Shown: positions 47,230-55,342, counted from the stretch's first letter. The stretch is DNA of 64,000 nucleotides from an uncultured Clostridia bacterium (GCA_947589665.1 CANQBJ010000004.1:4591-68590), one strand, 5' to 3'. The notes: generated by a model from the sequence alone, not told the origin. Translations and numbers: made by a program.

Positions 47230-47269
47230 TAGTATAATACATTTTTATATTACAAAAGGAGGCTTAAAT

Positions 47270-48709
47270 ATGACAAAAACTTTAATTATCAAAAAAGCGG
47301 CGGTATTTGTGTTTGCCGCGGCACTTGTATGCGCAGTGTTTCTTGTTTTTGTAGGCAGAGGAAACAGCGAAAGCATTACCTATGCCGCAGATGAGGAAAA
47401 CACTATAGTACTTACAATTGACAGCCCTGTTATGAGCGTAAACGGTGAGGAAAGAGATATAGACCCGGAGGGCGGTACGGCTCCCGTTATAATTTCCGGC
47501 AGAACTCTTGTACCCATAAGAGCAATAATTGAAAATATGGGCGGAACTGTGGAATGGAAGGGTGAAACAAGGGAAAGTATTCTCACATACGGTGAGGATG
47601 TCATAAGGCTTACCATAGATTCACAGACAGCATATCTCAATGACAATGCAAGTACTCTTGATACTGCACCCACTATCATAAACGGCAGAACGATGCTGCC
47701 TATAAGATTTATTGCGGAGAGCTTTGGCTTTAATGTGGACTGGAACGAAGGAGAAAGAACGATAACAATATCCCAAAAGGCGGCTGTATCTGAAAGCGAT
47801 ACACCTCCCGAAAACACACCTGTTGCACAGACAAATGAAAACGCTCCTGTTGTATATATGACAAAGAATATTACTCCGCAAGCTCTTGTTGATATATATG
47901 ACAAGCTGGGCTTTAATGCAGAGGGAAATGTAGCCGTGAAAATGTCAACGGGCGAGCCTCCTGCCAGCAATTATTTAAGACCTGAGCTTATAGGCGACCT
48001 TGTTAAAAAGGTAGACGGAACTATTGTAGAATGCAACACAGCCTATGGCGGCAGCCGTTCTTCATCTGCCGCACATTGGCAGGTAATAAAGGACCATGGT
48101 CTTGATACTATCACCGAAAAGGGTGCGGACATAATGGACGAGGAAAGCGATATGGAGATTCCTGCGTCAAAAGGCACTACCATACATGAGGACTATGTAG
48201 GCTCCCATCTTGCAAATTATGACTGTCTTATATCTCTTGCTCACTTCAAGGGTCATGCTATGGCAGGCTATGGCGGAGCTATTAAAAATATGTCCATAGG
48301 CGTTGCGTCAAGCAAAGGTAAAATGTGGATACACAGCGGCGGCACCAGCACCAGCTCTTGGAGCGGAGAACAGGACAAATTCCTTGAGGCCATGGGCGAC
48401 GCTACAAGCGGTGTTGTAGACTACCTTGACGGCAAGGTGGTATATATAAATGTAATGAACCGTCTGTCAGTAGACTGTGACTGTGACGGCAACCCTGCAG
48501 AACCGGATATGCACGACATAGGCATTCTTGCATCAACAGACCCCGTTGCTTTGGATCAGGCTTGTCTTGACCTTATCTATGAGCAAAAGGATGGCGACGG
48601 CGCATCTCTTGTAAATCGTATAGAAAGCAGAAACGGACTGCACACTCTTGAACACGCAGAGGAAATAGGCTTAGGCTCAAGAGAATATCAGTTGGTAAGC
48701 ATAGATTAA
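47270..48709 (+). CDS. Exported/membrane-anchored fusion: N-terminal TM or signal anchor + Cu_amine_oxidN1-like domain + DUF362 domain
   Basis: Hydrophobic AAVFVFAAALVCAVFLVFVG. RTLVPIRAIIENMGGTVEW and GRTMLPIRFIAESFGFNVDW repeats. DUF362-like core (ECNTAYGG, LAHFKGHAMAGYGGAIKNMSIG, DCDCDG). Confidence 0.75.
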   Translation: MTKTLIIKKAAVFVFAAALVCAVFLVFVGRGNSESITYAADEENTIVLTIDSPVMSVNGEERDIDPEGGTAPVIISGRTLVPIRAIIENMGGTVEWKGETRESILTYGEDVIRLTIDSQTAYLNDNASTLDTAPTIINGRTMLPIRFIAESFGFNVDWNEGERTITISQKAAVSESDTPPENTPVAQTNENAPVVYMTKNITPQALVDIYDKLGFNAEGNVAVKMSTGEPPASNYLRPELIGDLVKKVDGTIVECNTAYGGSRSSSAAHWQVIKDHGLDTITEKGADIMDEESDMEIPASKGTTIHEDYVGSHLANYDCLISLAHFKGHAMAGYGGAIKNMSIGVASSKGKMWIHSGGTSTSSWSGEQDKFLEAMGDATSGVVDYLDGKVVYINVMNRLSVDCDCDGNPAEPDMHDIGILASTDPVALDQACLDLIYEQKDGDGASLVNRIESRNGLHTLEHAEEIGLGSREYQLVSID

Positions 48710-48754
48710 GGAGTACTGAATTTAGTACCTACAGCAGAAAAGGACCGTTTATAA

Positions 48755-49666
48755 ATGACAAATGAATTACTTGCTGTATTAAAGCGTGAATTTATATATA
48801 TATGGTATTATTTTGAGATACAGCTTAGGCAGATATTCTTTTACTGGGCTGTAGGTATTGTAATAGGCTCTGTAATATCGGTTTTCGGCAAACAGAAAAT
48901 TCATTCCCTTATGTCCGTAATACAGGATAAGCACTTGGGAATAATGGGCATTATACCCGCAAGCCTTATAGGTATAGCGTCGCCTCTTTGTATGTACGGC
49001 ACTATACCTCTTGCGGCAGCCTTTTCCGAAAAGGGCATGAAAGACGATTACCTTGCCGCCTTTATGATGAGCAGTATTCTTTTAAATCCTCAGCTTATCA
49101 TATACAGTGCGGCTTTGGGCAGATATGCTCTTTGCATACGCTTTATATCCTGCTTTATATGCGGTATAACGGCAGGACTTGTAATAAGAATATTTTACAG
49201 GGATAAGCATTTCTTTGACTTTACGGGCTTTTCCGAAGGCGCAAGCAGAGATACTCACCCAAATATGCTTATAAGGCTTATAAAGAACATAGGCAGGAAC
49301 ATAAAGGCTACGGGACCTTATTTCCTCATAGGCATACTGCTCTCCGCATTATTCCAGAGATATGTACCACAGGAGGTTTTTGCAAGGCTTTTCGGCAGTA
49401 ACGAAGGCTTCGGTTTGCTTATGGCAGCCACAATAGGTGTTCCTCTCTATGCCTGCGGCGGAGGTACTATACCCTTGCTTCAGCAATGGCTTTCAGACGG
49501 TATGACCATGGGTTCAGCTACGGCTTTTATGATAACGGGACCTTCCACTAAAATAACTAATCTCGGCGCACTTAAAATAGTGCTTGGTATAAAGAATTTT
49601 ATGCTGTATATATTGTTTGTAATGGTGTTTGCTTTGCTCAGCGGCATTATTGTAAATATCATATAG
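48755..49666 (+). CDS. UPF0718/ArsP-like permease
   Basis: About 8 TM helices and duplicated motifs SPLCMYGTIPL and VPLYACGGGTIPL, typical of the predicted-permease (ArsP_1) family. Confidence 0.75.
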   Translation: MTNELLAVLKREFIYIWYYFEIQLRQIFFYWAVGIVIGSVISVFGKQKIHSLMSVIQDKHLGIMGIIPASLIGIASPLCMYGTIPLAAAFSEKGMKDDYLAAFMMSSILLNPQLIIYSAALGRYALCIRFISCFICGITAGLVIRIFYRDKHFFDFTGFSEGASRDTHPNMLIRLIKNIGRNIKATGPYFLIGILLSALFQRYVPQEVFARLFGSNEGFGLLMAATIGVPLYACGGGTIPLLQQWLSDGMTMGSATAFMITGPSTKITNLGALKIVLGIKNFMLYILFVMVFALLSGIIVNII

Positions 49667-49684
49667 AGATCGGAGGAACAATGT

Positions 49685-49858
49685 ATGGAAAACATATGGG
49701 AAAGAGTTGATACAAGAATAAGGGACCCGAAGGGCAGGGCCGTGGGACAGCGTAATTCAAAGCTTATGTTTGAACTTAATCATACAATGCCTCAGACCGA
49801 AGAATACTTCAAAATATTTATTGTAAATGCAAGGTCCTGCCGTTTATATAAAGATTAA
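49685..49858 (+). pseudogene. N-terminal fragment (57 codons) of a maltose/galactoside O-acetyltransferase-like gene
   Basis: MENIWERVDTRIRDPKGRAVGQRNSKLMFELNHTMPQTEEY... resembles the Mac N-terminal domain, but the hexapeptide-repeat body is missing. A hairpin CTGCCGTTTA/TAAACGGCAG follows immediately. Confidence 0.45.
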
Positions 49859-50093
49859 ACGGCAGAACCTTTTTGCCTATTAAATCGGGAATCATAGATC
49901 ATCATATTCCCATATACCGAAATTCCTGCATTACATCATAGCCTGCTATAAAATTTTCATATGGAAACTTATCATACGTTACCTTTGCCTTAAAAACTTC
50001 CAAAATTTGAGCTTTTGTCTTATAGTATAAAATTCCGTTTAAAACAAATACTAGTGACATCGATAAATAAAAATTCAAGGAGGAGGAGTTGTT

Positions 50094-50636
50094 GTGAAGG
50101 CAACCGGTATAGTAAGAAGAATAGATGATCTCGGAAGAGTGGTTATACCCAAGGAAATAAGAAGGACGCTTAGAATAAGGGAAGGCGACCCTTTAGAAAT
50201 ATTTACAGACAGAGACGGGGAAATAATATTAAAGAAGTATTCACCTATAGGTGAGCTTGGAGCGTTTGCAAGAGAATATGCAGAGAGTCTTGCAAAGAAT
50301 GCAGGACACATTACCTGTATAGTAGACAAGGATCAGATCATAGCGGTATCGGGCGGAGCCAAGAAGGAGTTTATGGAAAAGCACATAAGCTCAGAGCTTG
50401 AAGAGGTGATCAATAACAGAAGTACCCATATTGCCAACAGAAATGACAGTAATTTCGTACCTATTTTAGAGGATGACAATGAAAGCTACAATCACGAGCT
50501 TATTACCCCTATTATAAGTGAGGGTGATGTACTGGGAGCTATAGTAATGCTGAGCGATGATAAGATAATGGGCGAGGTTGAAGGGAAGTTAGCCCGTACA
50601 GCAGCAGGATTTTTAGGCAAGCAGATGGAACAGTAA
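50094..50636 (+). CDS. spoVT: Stage V sporulation protein T (AbrB/SpoVT family regulator)
   Basis: SpoVT-AbrB swapped-hairpin N-terminus KATGIVRRIDDLGRVVIPKEIRRTLRIREGDPLEIF and a C-terminal GAF-like domain. GTG start after AGGAGGAGGAG. Confidence 0.88.
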   Translation: MKATGIVRRIDDLGRVVIPKEIRRTLRIREGDPLEIFTDRDGEIILKKYSPIGELGAFAREYAESLAKNAGHITCIVDKDQIIAVSGGAKKEFMEKHISSELEEVINNRSTHIANRNDSNFVPILEDDNESYNHELITPIISEGDVLGAIVMLSDDKIMGEVEGKLARTAAGFLGKQMEQ

Positions 50637-50649
50637 ACAGTAAGCATAA

Positions 50650-50688
50650 AAACCTCCGTACAGATAAAACGGAGGTTTATTATTTTTT
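50650..50688 (+). terminator. Intrinsic terminator after spoVT
   Basis: Stem AAACCTCCGT/ACGGAGGTTT followed by ATTATTTTTT. Confidence 0.85.
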
Positions 50689-50748
50689 AAATCTCATTAA
50701 TGGGATTTATTTTTTTGCAGTTACATATAATTACATAGAGGTGATTAT

Positions 50749-51150
50749 ATGGAAGAAAACAGTATTGATATGTCACAGCTTGAGAAAATAATGTCTGTGG
50801 TCAAGCTTATGCAGTCCATGAACAGCAGCGAAAACGATGCAGAGATACAGGAGCCTGCAAATTATGATAATGTAACCGCTCTTCAGAGAATAAAGGAAGT
50901 ACTTCCTCACCTGGATATGCCATATCAGAGAGAAATGGGAATTATGATAAAGCTTATAGAAATAGATAAGCTTATGCATACATTTCAGGCTATGTCGGCA
51001 GAAAGCGGAATAAGCAGCAGAGGAATAAAAAAGAAAATGCTTATGGCAATAAAGCCTGAGCTTGACTATAAAAAACAGCAGATGCTGGACGTATGTGTAA
51101 AAGCAATGGAAATCTCAGATATAGTGGAGGGACTTAACGGTGGAGAATAG
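50749..51150 (+). CDS. Hypothetical protein (133 aa)
   Basis: ORF with a GAGGTG RBS. No family recognised. Confidence 0.5.
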   Translation: MEENSIDMSQLEKIMSVVKLMQSMNSSENDAEIQEPANYDNVTALQRIKEVLPHLDMPYQREMGIMIKLIEIDKLMHTFQAMSAESGISSRGIKKKMLMAIKPELDYKKQQMLDVCVKAMEISDIVEGLNGGE

Positions 51151-51415
51151 GACAGCGGATACCATACTTAACGACAGGGCATTTGACTGCATGGACAAAA
51201 ATACAAAGGAAGCATTTAAAAGGCTGTATATAAATATACAAGGAAAGCCTGTTCAGGAAAATCTGCCTGTAATTATTGGCTTTATAAAATCTCTGCCTAA
51301 AAATGTAAGCTTTACAACGGAGCAGAAAAAGGCAATGCTTGGTGTTCTGTTATCCAACACACCGGAAAGAGAAAGAAAACAGATCATAGATATTATAGGT
51401 ATATTTGGTCTTTAA
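51140..51415 (+). CDS. Hypothetical protein (91 aa), overlapping the previous ORF by 11 nt
   Basis: GTG start preceded by GGAGGG. No family recognised. Confidence 0.45.
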   Translation: MENRTADTILNDRAFDCMDKNTKEAFKRLYINIQGKPVQENLPVIIGFIKSLPKNVSFTTEQKKAMLGVLLSNTPERERKQIIDIIGIFGL

Positions 51416-51603
51416 AATGAATTATCCTATTGCAAAAAAATTCATAAAATTGTAAATTCCATTGTTTTTTAATTAATTTTATAAGAATTCTGAAAATGAT
51501 AACTATAAATTATTCAAAATTAAGGCTTTTAGTGTTGACATATCAAATAAATAGATGTAAAATTATACATCATGGATAAATTCTATTTACGGGAGGTGAA
51601 GCG

Positions 51604-52995
51604 ATGTTCATATTCAATCCAAAGACAAATGTTATTGAACGAAGGGAATCTATATATCCGCTGCAGGATGTTGATAAGCCCAATTTGTTTGAAAATCTGT
51701 ATAGCTATGACGAAGTGCCTAAAATAGCATTCAATCATAGAATCGTGCCAATGGATATGCCCGACAATATATGGATAACTGATACTACCTTCAGAGATGG
51801 TCAGCAGGCTAGAGAACCATATACTGTGGAGCAGATTGAACATATATATACGCTTTTACATAGATTAGGCGGACCTAAGGGTATTATAAGACAAAGTGAA
51901 TTTTTTGTATACTCCAAAAAGGACCAGGAGGCTGTTTATAAATGCCTTGAAAAGGATTACAGGTTCCCTGAGGTGACTTCATGGATAAGAGCAAGCAAAA
52001 AGGACTTTGAGCTTGTCAAGTCAATAGGCGTTAAGGAAACGGGTATTTTGGTAAGCTGCTCAGATTATCATATTTTCTATAAAATGAATATGAAGAGAAG
52101 CGAGATAATGGAGCATTATCTTTCTGTAATACGTCAGTGTATAGAAACAGGTATAAGACCAAGATGCCACTTTGAGGATATAACAAGAGCGGATTTCTAT
52201 GGATTTGTAGTTCCTTTTGCATCGGAGCTTATGAAGCTTATGGATGAAACGGGTATGCCTATTAAAATAAGGGTATGCGATACTATGGGCTATGGAGTTA
52301 CATTCCCCGGTACCGTTCTTCCGAGAAGTATAGCAGGTATCATATACGGTCTGCATCACTATGCAGGAGTTCCCAACGAGTTGTTGGAGTGGCATGGACA
52401 CAACGATTTTTACCGTTCTGTTATCAATGCCTCTACAGCGTGGATATACGGCTGCTGCGGTGTAAACACATCACTTTTTGGCATAGGAGAGAGGACAGGC
52501 AATACTCCTTTGGAGGCTATGGTATTTGAGTATGCGCAGCTCAGGGGTACTCTTGACGGTATGGATACTACTGTTATTACAGAGCTTGCCGATTACTACC
52601 GTAATGAGATAGGCTATGAGATACCGCCTATGACGCCCTTTGTAGGCGAAAACTTTAATGTGACAAGAGCGGGAATTCATGCCGACGGTATACTTAAGAA
52701 TGAGGAAATATACAATATATTTAACACCGACCTTCTTCTGAACAGACCTGTAAAGGTAGCTGTGGGAAAGACTTCGGGACTTGCGGGGATCGCGCATTGG
52801 ATAAATTCCTTTTTCAATTTCAGCGGCGAGGATCAGGTAAGCAAGCAGCATCCCGTGGTCATAAAGGTCAAGGAATGGGTAGACAAGCAGTACGAAGACG
52901 GCAGAGTTACTCAGATAAGCGATAAGGAGCTTATGAGGGTGGTTGCCAGAGAATACAAGAGATATAAAGAAAACAAAAAACCGGAGGAACAATAA
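51604..52995 (+). CDS. Homocitrate/isopropylmalate synthase-family enzyme, probable Re-face citrate synthase
   Basis: HMGL-like TIM-barrel signature ITDTTFRDGQQA and HGHNDF. Immediately followed by an isocitrate dehydrogenase gene. Confidence 0.7.
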   Translation: MFIFNPKTNVIERRESIYPLQDVDKPNLFENLYSYDEVPKIAFNHRIVPMDMPDNIWITDTTFRDGQQAREPYTVEQIEHIYTLLHRLGGPKGIIRQSEFFVYSKKDQEAVYKCLEKDYRFPEVTSWIRASKKDFELVKSIGVKETGILVSCSDYHIFYKMNMKRSEIMEHYLSVIRQCIETGIRPRCHFEDITRADFYGFVVPFASELMKLMDETGMPIKIRVCDTMGYGVTFPGTVLPRSIAGIIYGLHHYAGVPNELLEWHGHNDFYRSVINASTAWIYGCCGVNTSLFGIGERTGNTPLEAMVFEYAQLRGTLDGMDTTVITELADYYRNEIGYEIPPMTPFVGENFNVTRAGIHADGILKNEEIYNIFNTDLLLNRPVKVAVGKTSGLAGIAHWINSFFNFSGEDQVSKQHPVVIKVKEWVDKQYEDGRVTQISDKELMRVVAREYKRYKENKKPEEQ

Positions 52996-52996
52996 A

Positions 52997-54154
52997 ATGG
53001 ACAAGATCGCAGTTGCTAAGGAAAAATTTGGTAAGCTTATAGAAGAACAGCTTGCCAGAGTTGAAAAAATGAAGGAGGACAAGGAGTTTATAGATTTTTC
53101 AAAGCTTCCTGTTATAAAGATAGGTATCTGCGGCGGTGACGGCATAGGTCCCGCTATAACGGCTCAGGCTCAGAGAATACTTGAATTTCTACTTGCTGAC
53201 GAGGTAAAGGCAGGTAAGGTCGAATTTAAGATAATAGATGGACTTACTATTGAAAACAGGATTGCAGCGGGTAAAGCGATACCCGATGATGTACTTGCAG
53301 AGCTTAAGGAGTGTCCCGTCATACTTAAGGGACCTACTACCACACCCAGAGCGGGAGATAAGGTCAATATTGAATCTGCCAATGTAGCTATGAGAAAAGA
53401 GCTTGACCTCTTTGCAAATGTAAGACCTGTAAGAATACCAGAGGAGGGCATAGACTGGACCTTCTATAGAGAGAATACAGAGGGCTCCTATACCTTGGGT
53501 TCAAAGGGATTTGAGGTCGATGACGACCTTGCGTTTGACTTTACCGTTGCCACAACAGACGGTACAGAGAGAATAATAAGAGCCGCCTTTGATTATGCAA
53601 AGAAGAATAACAAGGGTAAGGTGACCTGTGTTACAAAGGCAAATATTATTAAGACTACAGACGGTAAATTCCTCAATACCTTCAAGGAGATCGCAAAAGA
53701 ATACCCCGATATCGAAACAGACGACTGGTATATTGATATTATGACAGCTAAGCTTATCGATCCCAAGAGAAGACAGAGCTTTAAGGTAGTTGTGCTTCCC
53801 AATCTTTACGGAGATATCATTACAGATGAGGCTGCCGAGTTCCAGGGCGGTGTAGGTACAGCCGGTTCAATAAATATGGGTAAGAAATATGCTATGTTTG
53901 AGGCTATTCACGGTTCAGCGCCAAGAATGGTAGAAGAGGGCAGAGATAAGTATGCGGACCCATGCTCCATTATCAGAGCGGCATCTATGCTGCTTGCTCA
54001 CATAGGCTACGGCGACAAGGCAGAAAAGCTGGACAAAGCGCTTGATATCTGTACTCAGACGGAGAAAAGGATCAGAATTACAGGTCATGACGACGGCTGT
54101 ACAAGTGCGGAACTGGCTGACTACATAATGGAAACTATCCGAGCTATGGACTAA
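52997..54154 (+). CDS. icd: Isocitrate dehydrogenase (isocitrate/isopropylmalate dehydrogenase family)
   Basis: GDGIGPAIT, RENTEG, and NLYGDIITDEAA motifs. ATG 52997 lies 2 nt after the upstream stop. Confidence 0.85.
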   Translation: MDKIAVAKEKFGKLIEEQLARVEKMKEDKEFIDFSKLPVIKIGICGGDGIGPAITAQAQRILEFLLADEVKAGKVEFKIIDGLTIENRIAAGKAIPDDVLAELKECPVILKGPTTTPRAGDKVNIESANVAMRKELDLFANVRPVRIPEEGIDWTFYRENTEGSYTLGSKGFEVDDDLAFDFTVATTDGTERIIRAAFDYAKKNNKGKVTCVTKANIIKTTDGKFLNTFKEIAKEYPDIETDDWYIDIMTAKLIDPKRRQSFKVVVLPNLYGDIITDEAAEFQGGVGTAGSINMGKKYAMFEAIHGSAPRMVEEGRDKYADPCSIIRAASMLLAHIGYGDKAEKLDKALDICTQTEKRIRITGHDDGCTSAELADYIMETIRAMD

Positions 54155-54176
54155 TCTGAAAATATATGCTATAATA

Positions 54177-54205
54177 AAGAGGTATCTCAAAAGATACCTC
54201 TTTTT
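54177..54205 (+). terminator. Intrinsic terminator after icd
   Basis: Stem AAGAGGTATCT/AGATACCTCTT followed by TTT. Confidence 0.85.
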
Positions 54206-54231
54206 GATATTATAATGTGAGGTTTGATATT

Positions 54232-54888
54232 ATGGCTGATTTTTTTACAGAAGAAACAAATGAATATCTTATAGGCATAAGGTATAATAACAACAAACAG
54301 TGGTTTCATGAGCATAAGGATATGTACAGGGAATATGTTCACGAACCGATGCTGCATCTGGCTGAGGAGCTATTCAAGAGATTTCACGAATATGACCGCT
54401 CCTTTAACGAAAAGCCAAAGGTGTCAAGAGCCAACAGGGATATAAGATTTTCAAACAACAAAAATCCATATAAGGAGTGTAAATGGTTTTTTCTGAGGGC
54501 TGACGGAAGTCCGCATATAACATACCCTAATCCTACATTCTTTTTTGAAATTTCACCGGATTGGTGGAGATATGGATTTTTCTTCTATGCCGAGCCAAAG
54601 GGTATGGAGGAATTTAGGAATAAAATAAACGCAAATATAGCTGCCTGCAGGAGAGTTATCAAGAAATATAAGTCACAGGATATATTCGTTCTTTCAGGCG
54701 AGAAATACAAGAGGGTATTTAACAAGGAGCTGCCCGAGGATGTAAACGACTGGGCTCAGAGAAAATATCTGGATTTTATAAGATATGAGGATTACAACAA
54801 TATGGAATTCTATTCCGAGGAGCTTGCCGATATTGTTTTTGAAAGACTTAAGCTTATTTATCCCGTATACAAATTCTTTTTAAGGTGA
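54232..54888 (+). CDS. DUF2461 (TIGR02453) family protein
   Basis: N.K.WF..HK..Y and the R.NRDIRFS..K.PYK signature. Confidence 0.75.
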   Translation: MADFFTEETNEYLIGIRYNNNKQWFHEHKDMYREYVHEPMLHLAEELFKRFHEYDRSFNEKPKVSRANRDIRFSNNKNPYKECKWFFLRADGSPHITYPNPTFFFEISPDWWRYGFFFYAEPKGMEEFRNKINANIAACRRVIKKYKSQDIFVLSGEKYKRVFNKELPEDVNDWAQRKYLDFIRYEDYNNMEFYSEELADIVFERLKLIYPVYKFFLR

Positions 54889-54892
54889 TCAT

Positions 54893-55342
54893 ATGGACTA
54901 CGAAAAATATATGAATATGGCGCTTGAACAGGCACATATAGCCTATGACAAGGGCGAGGTGCCTATAGGCTGCGTTATAGTGTACAATGATGAGATAATA
55001 GGCAGGGGCGCCAATTTAAGAGTGACAAAGGGCAATGTACTGGCGCATGCGGAAATAATCGCCATTAATGAGGCTTGTAGCTTTATAGGTGACTGGCGGC
55101 TGGAGGACTGCACTCTTTTTGTTACGGTAGAGCCTTGTCCCATGTGTGCAGGCGCAATATTGCAGTCAAGGATAAAGGAGGTCGTATTTGGCGCAAGAAA
55201 TCCTAAGGCGGGCTGCGCAGGTTCTATATATAATGTACTTCAGGATAGTCGATTTAATCACTATGTTGAAATAACAGAGGGCATTATGAAGGAAGAATGC
55301 TCAGGCATTATGAAAGATTTTTTCAAGAGGTTCAGAAAATGA
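54893..55342 (+). CDS. tadA: tRNA-specific adenosine deaminase
   Basis: CDA fold with HAEIIAI and PCPMCAGAI zinc motifs. Confidence 0.92.
   Translation: MDYEKYMNMALEQAHIAYDKGEVPIGCVIVYNDEIIGRGANLRVTKGNVLAHAEIIAINEACSFIGDWRLEDCTLFVTVEPCPMCAGAILQSRIKEVVFGARNPKAGCAGSIYNVLQDSRFNHYVEITEGIMKEECSGIMKDFFKRFRK

Noticed and set aside
49902-50060. 52-codon minus-strand ORF (MSLVFVLNGILYYKTKAQILEVFKAKVTYDKFPYENFIAGYDVMQEFRYMGI) between the redox island and spoVT.
   Set aside because: It has no convincing RBS, no recognisable family and sits in the spoVT promoter region. It may be a real small protein or a gene fragment, but the sequence alone does not support a call.
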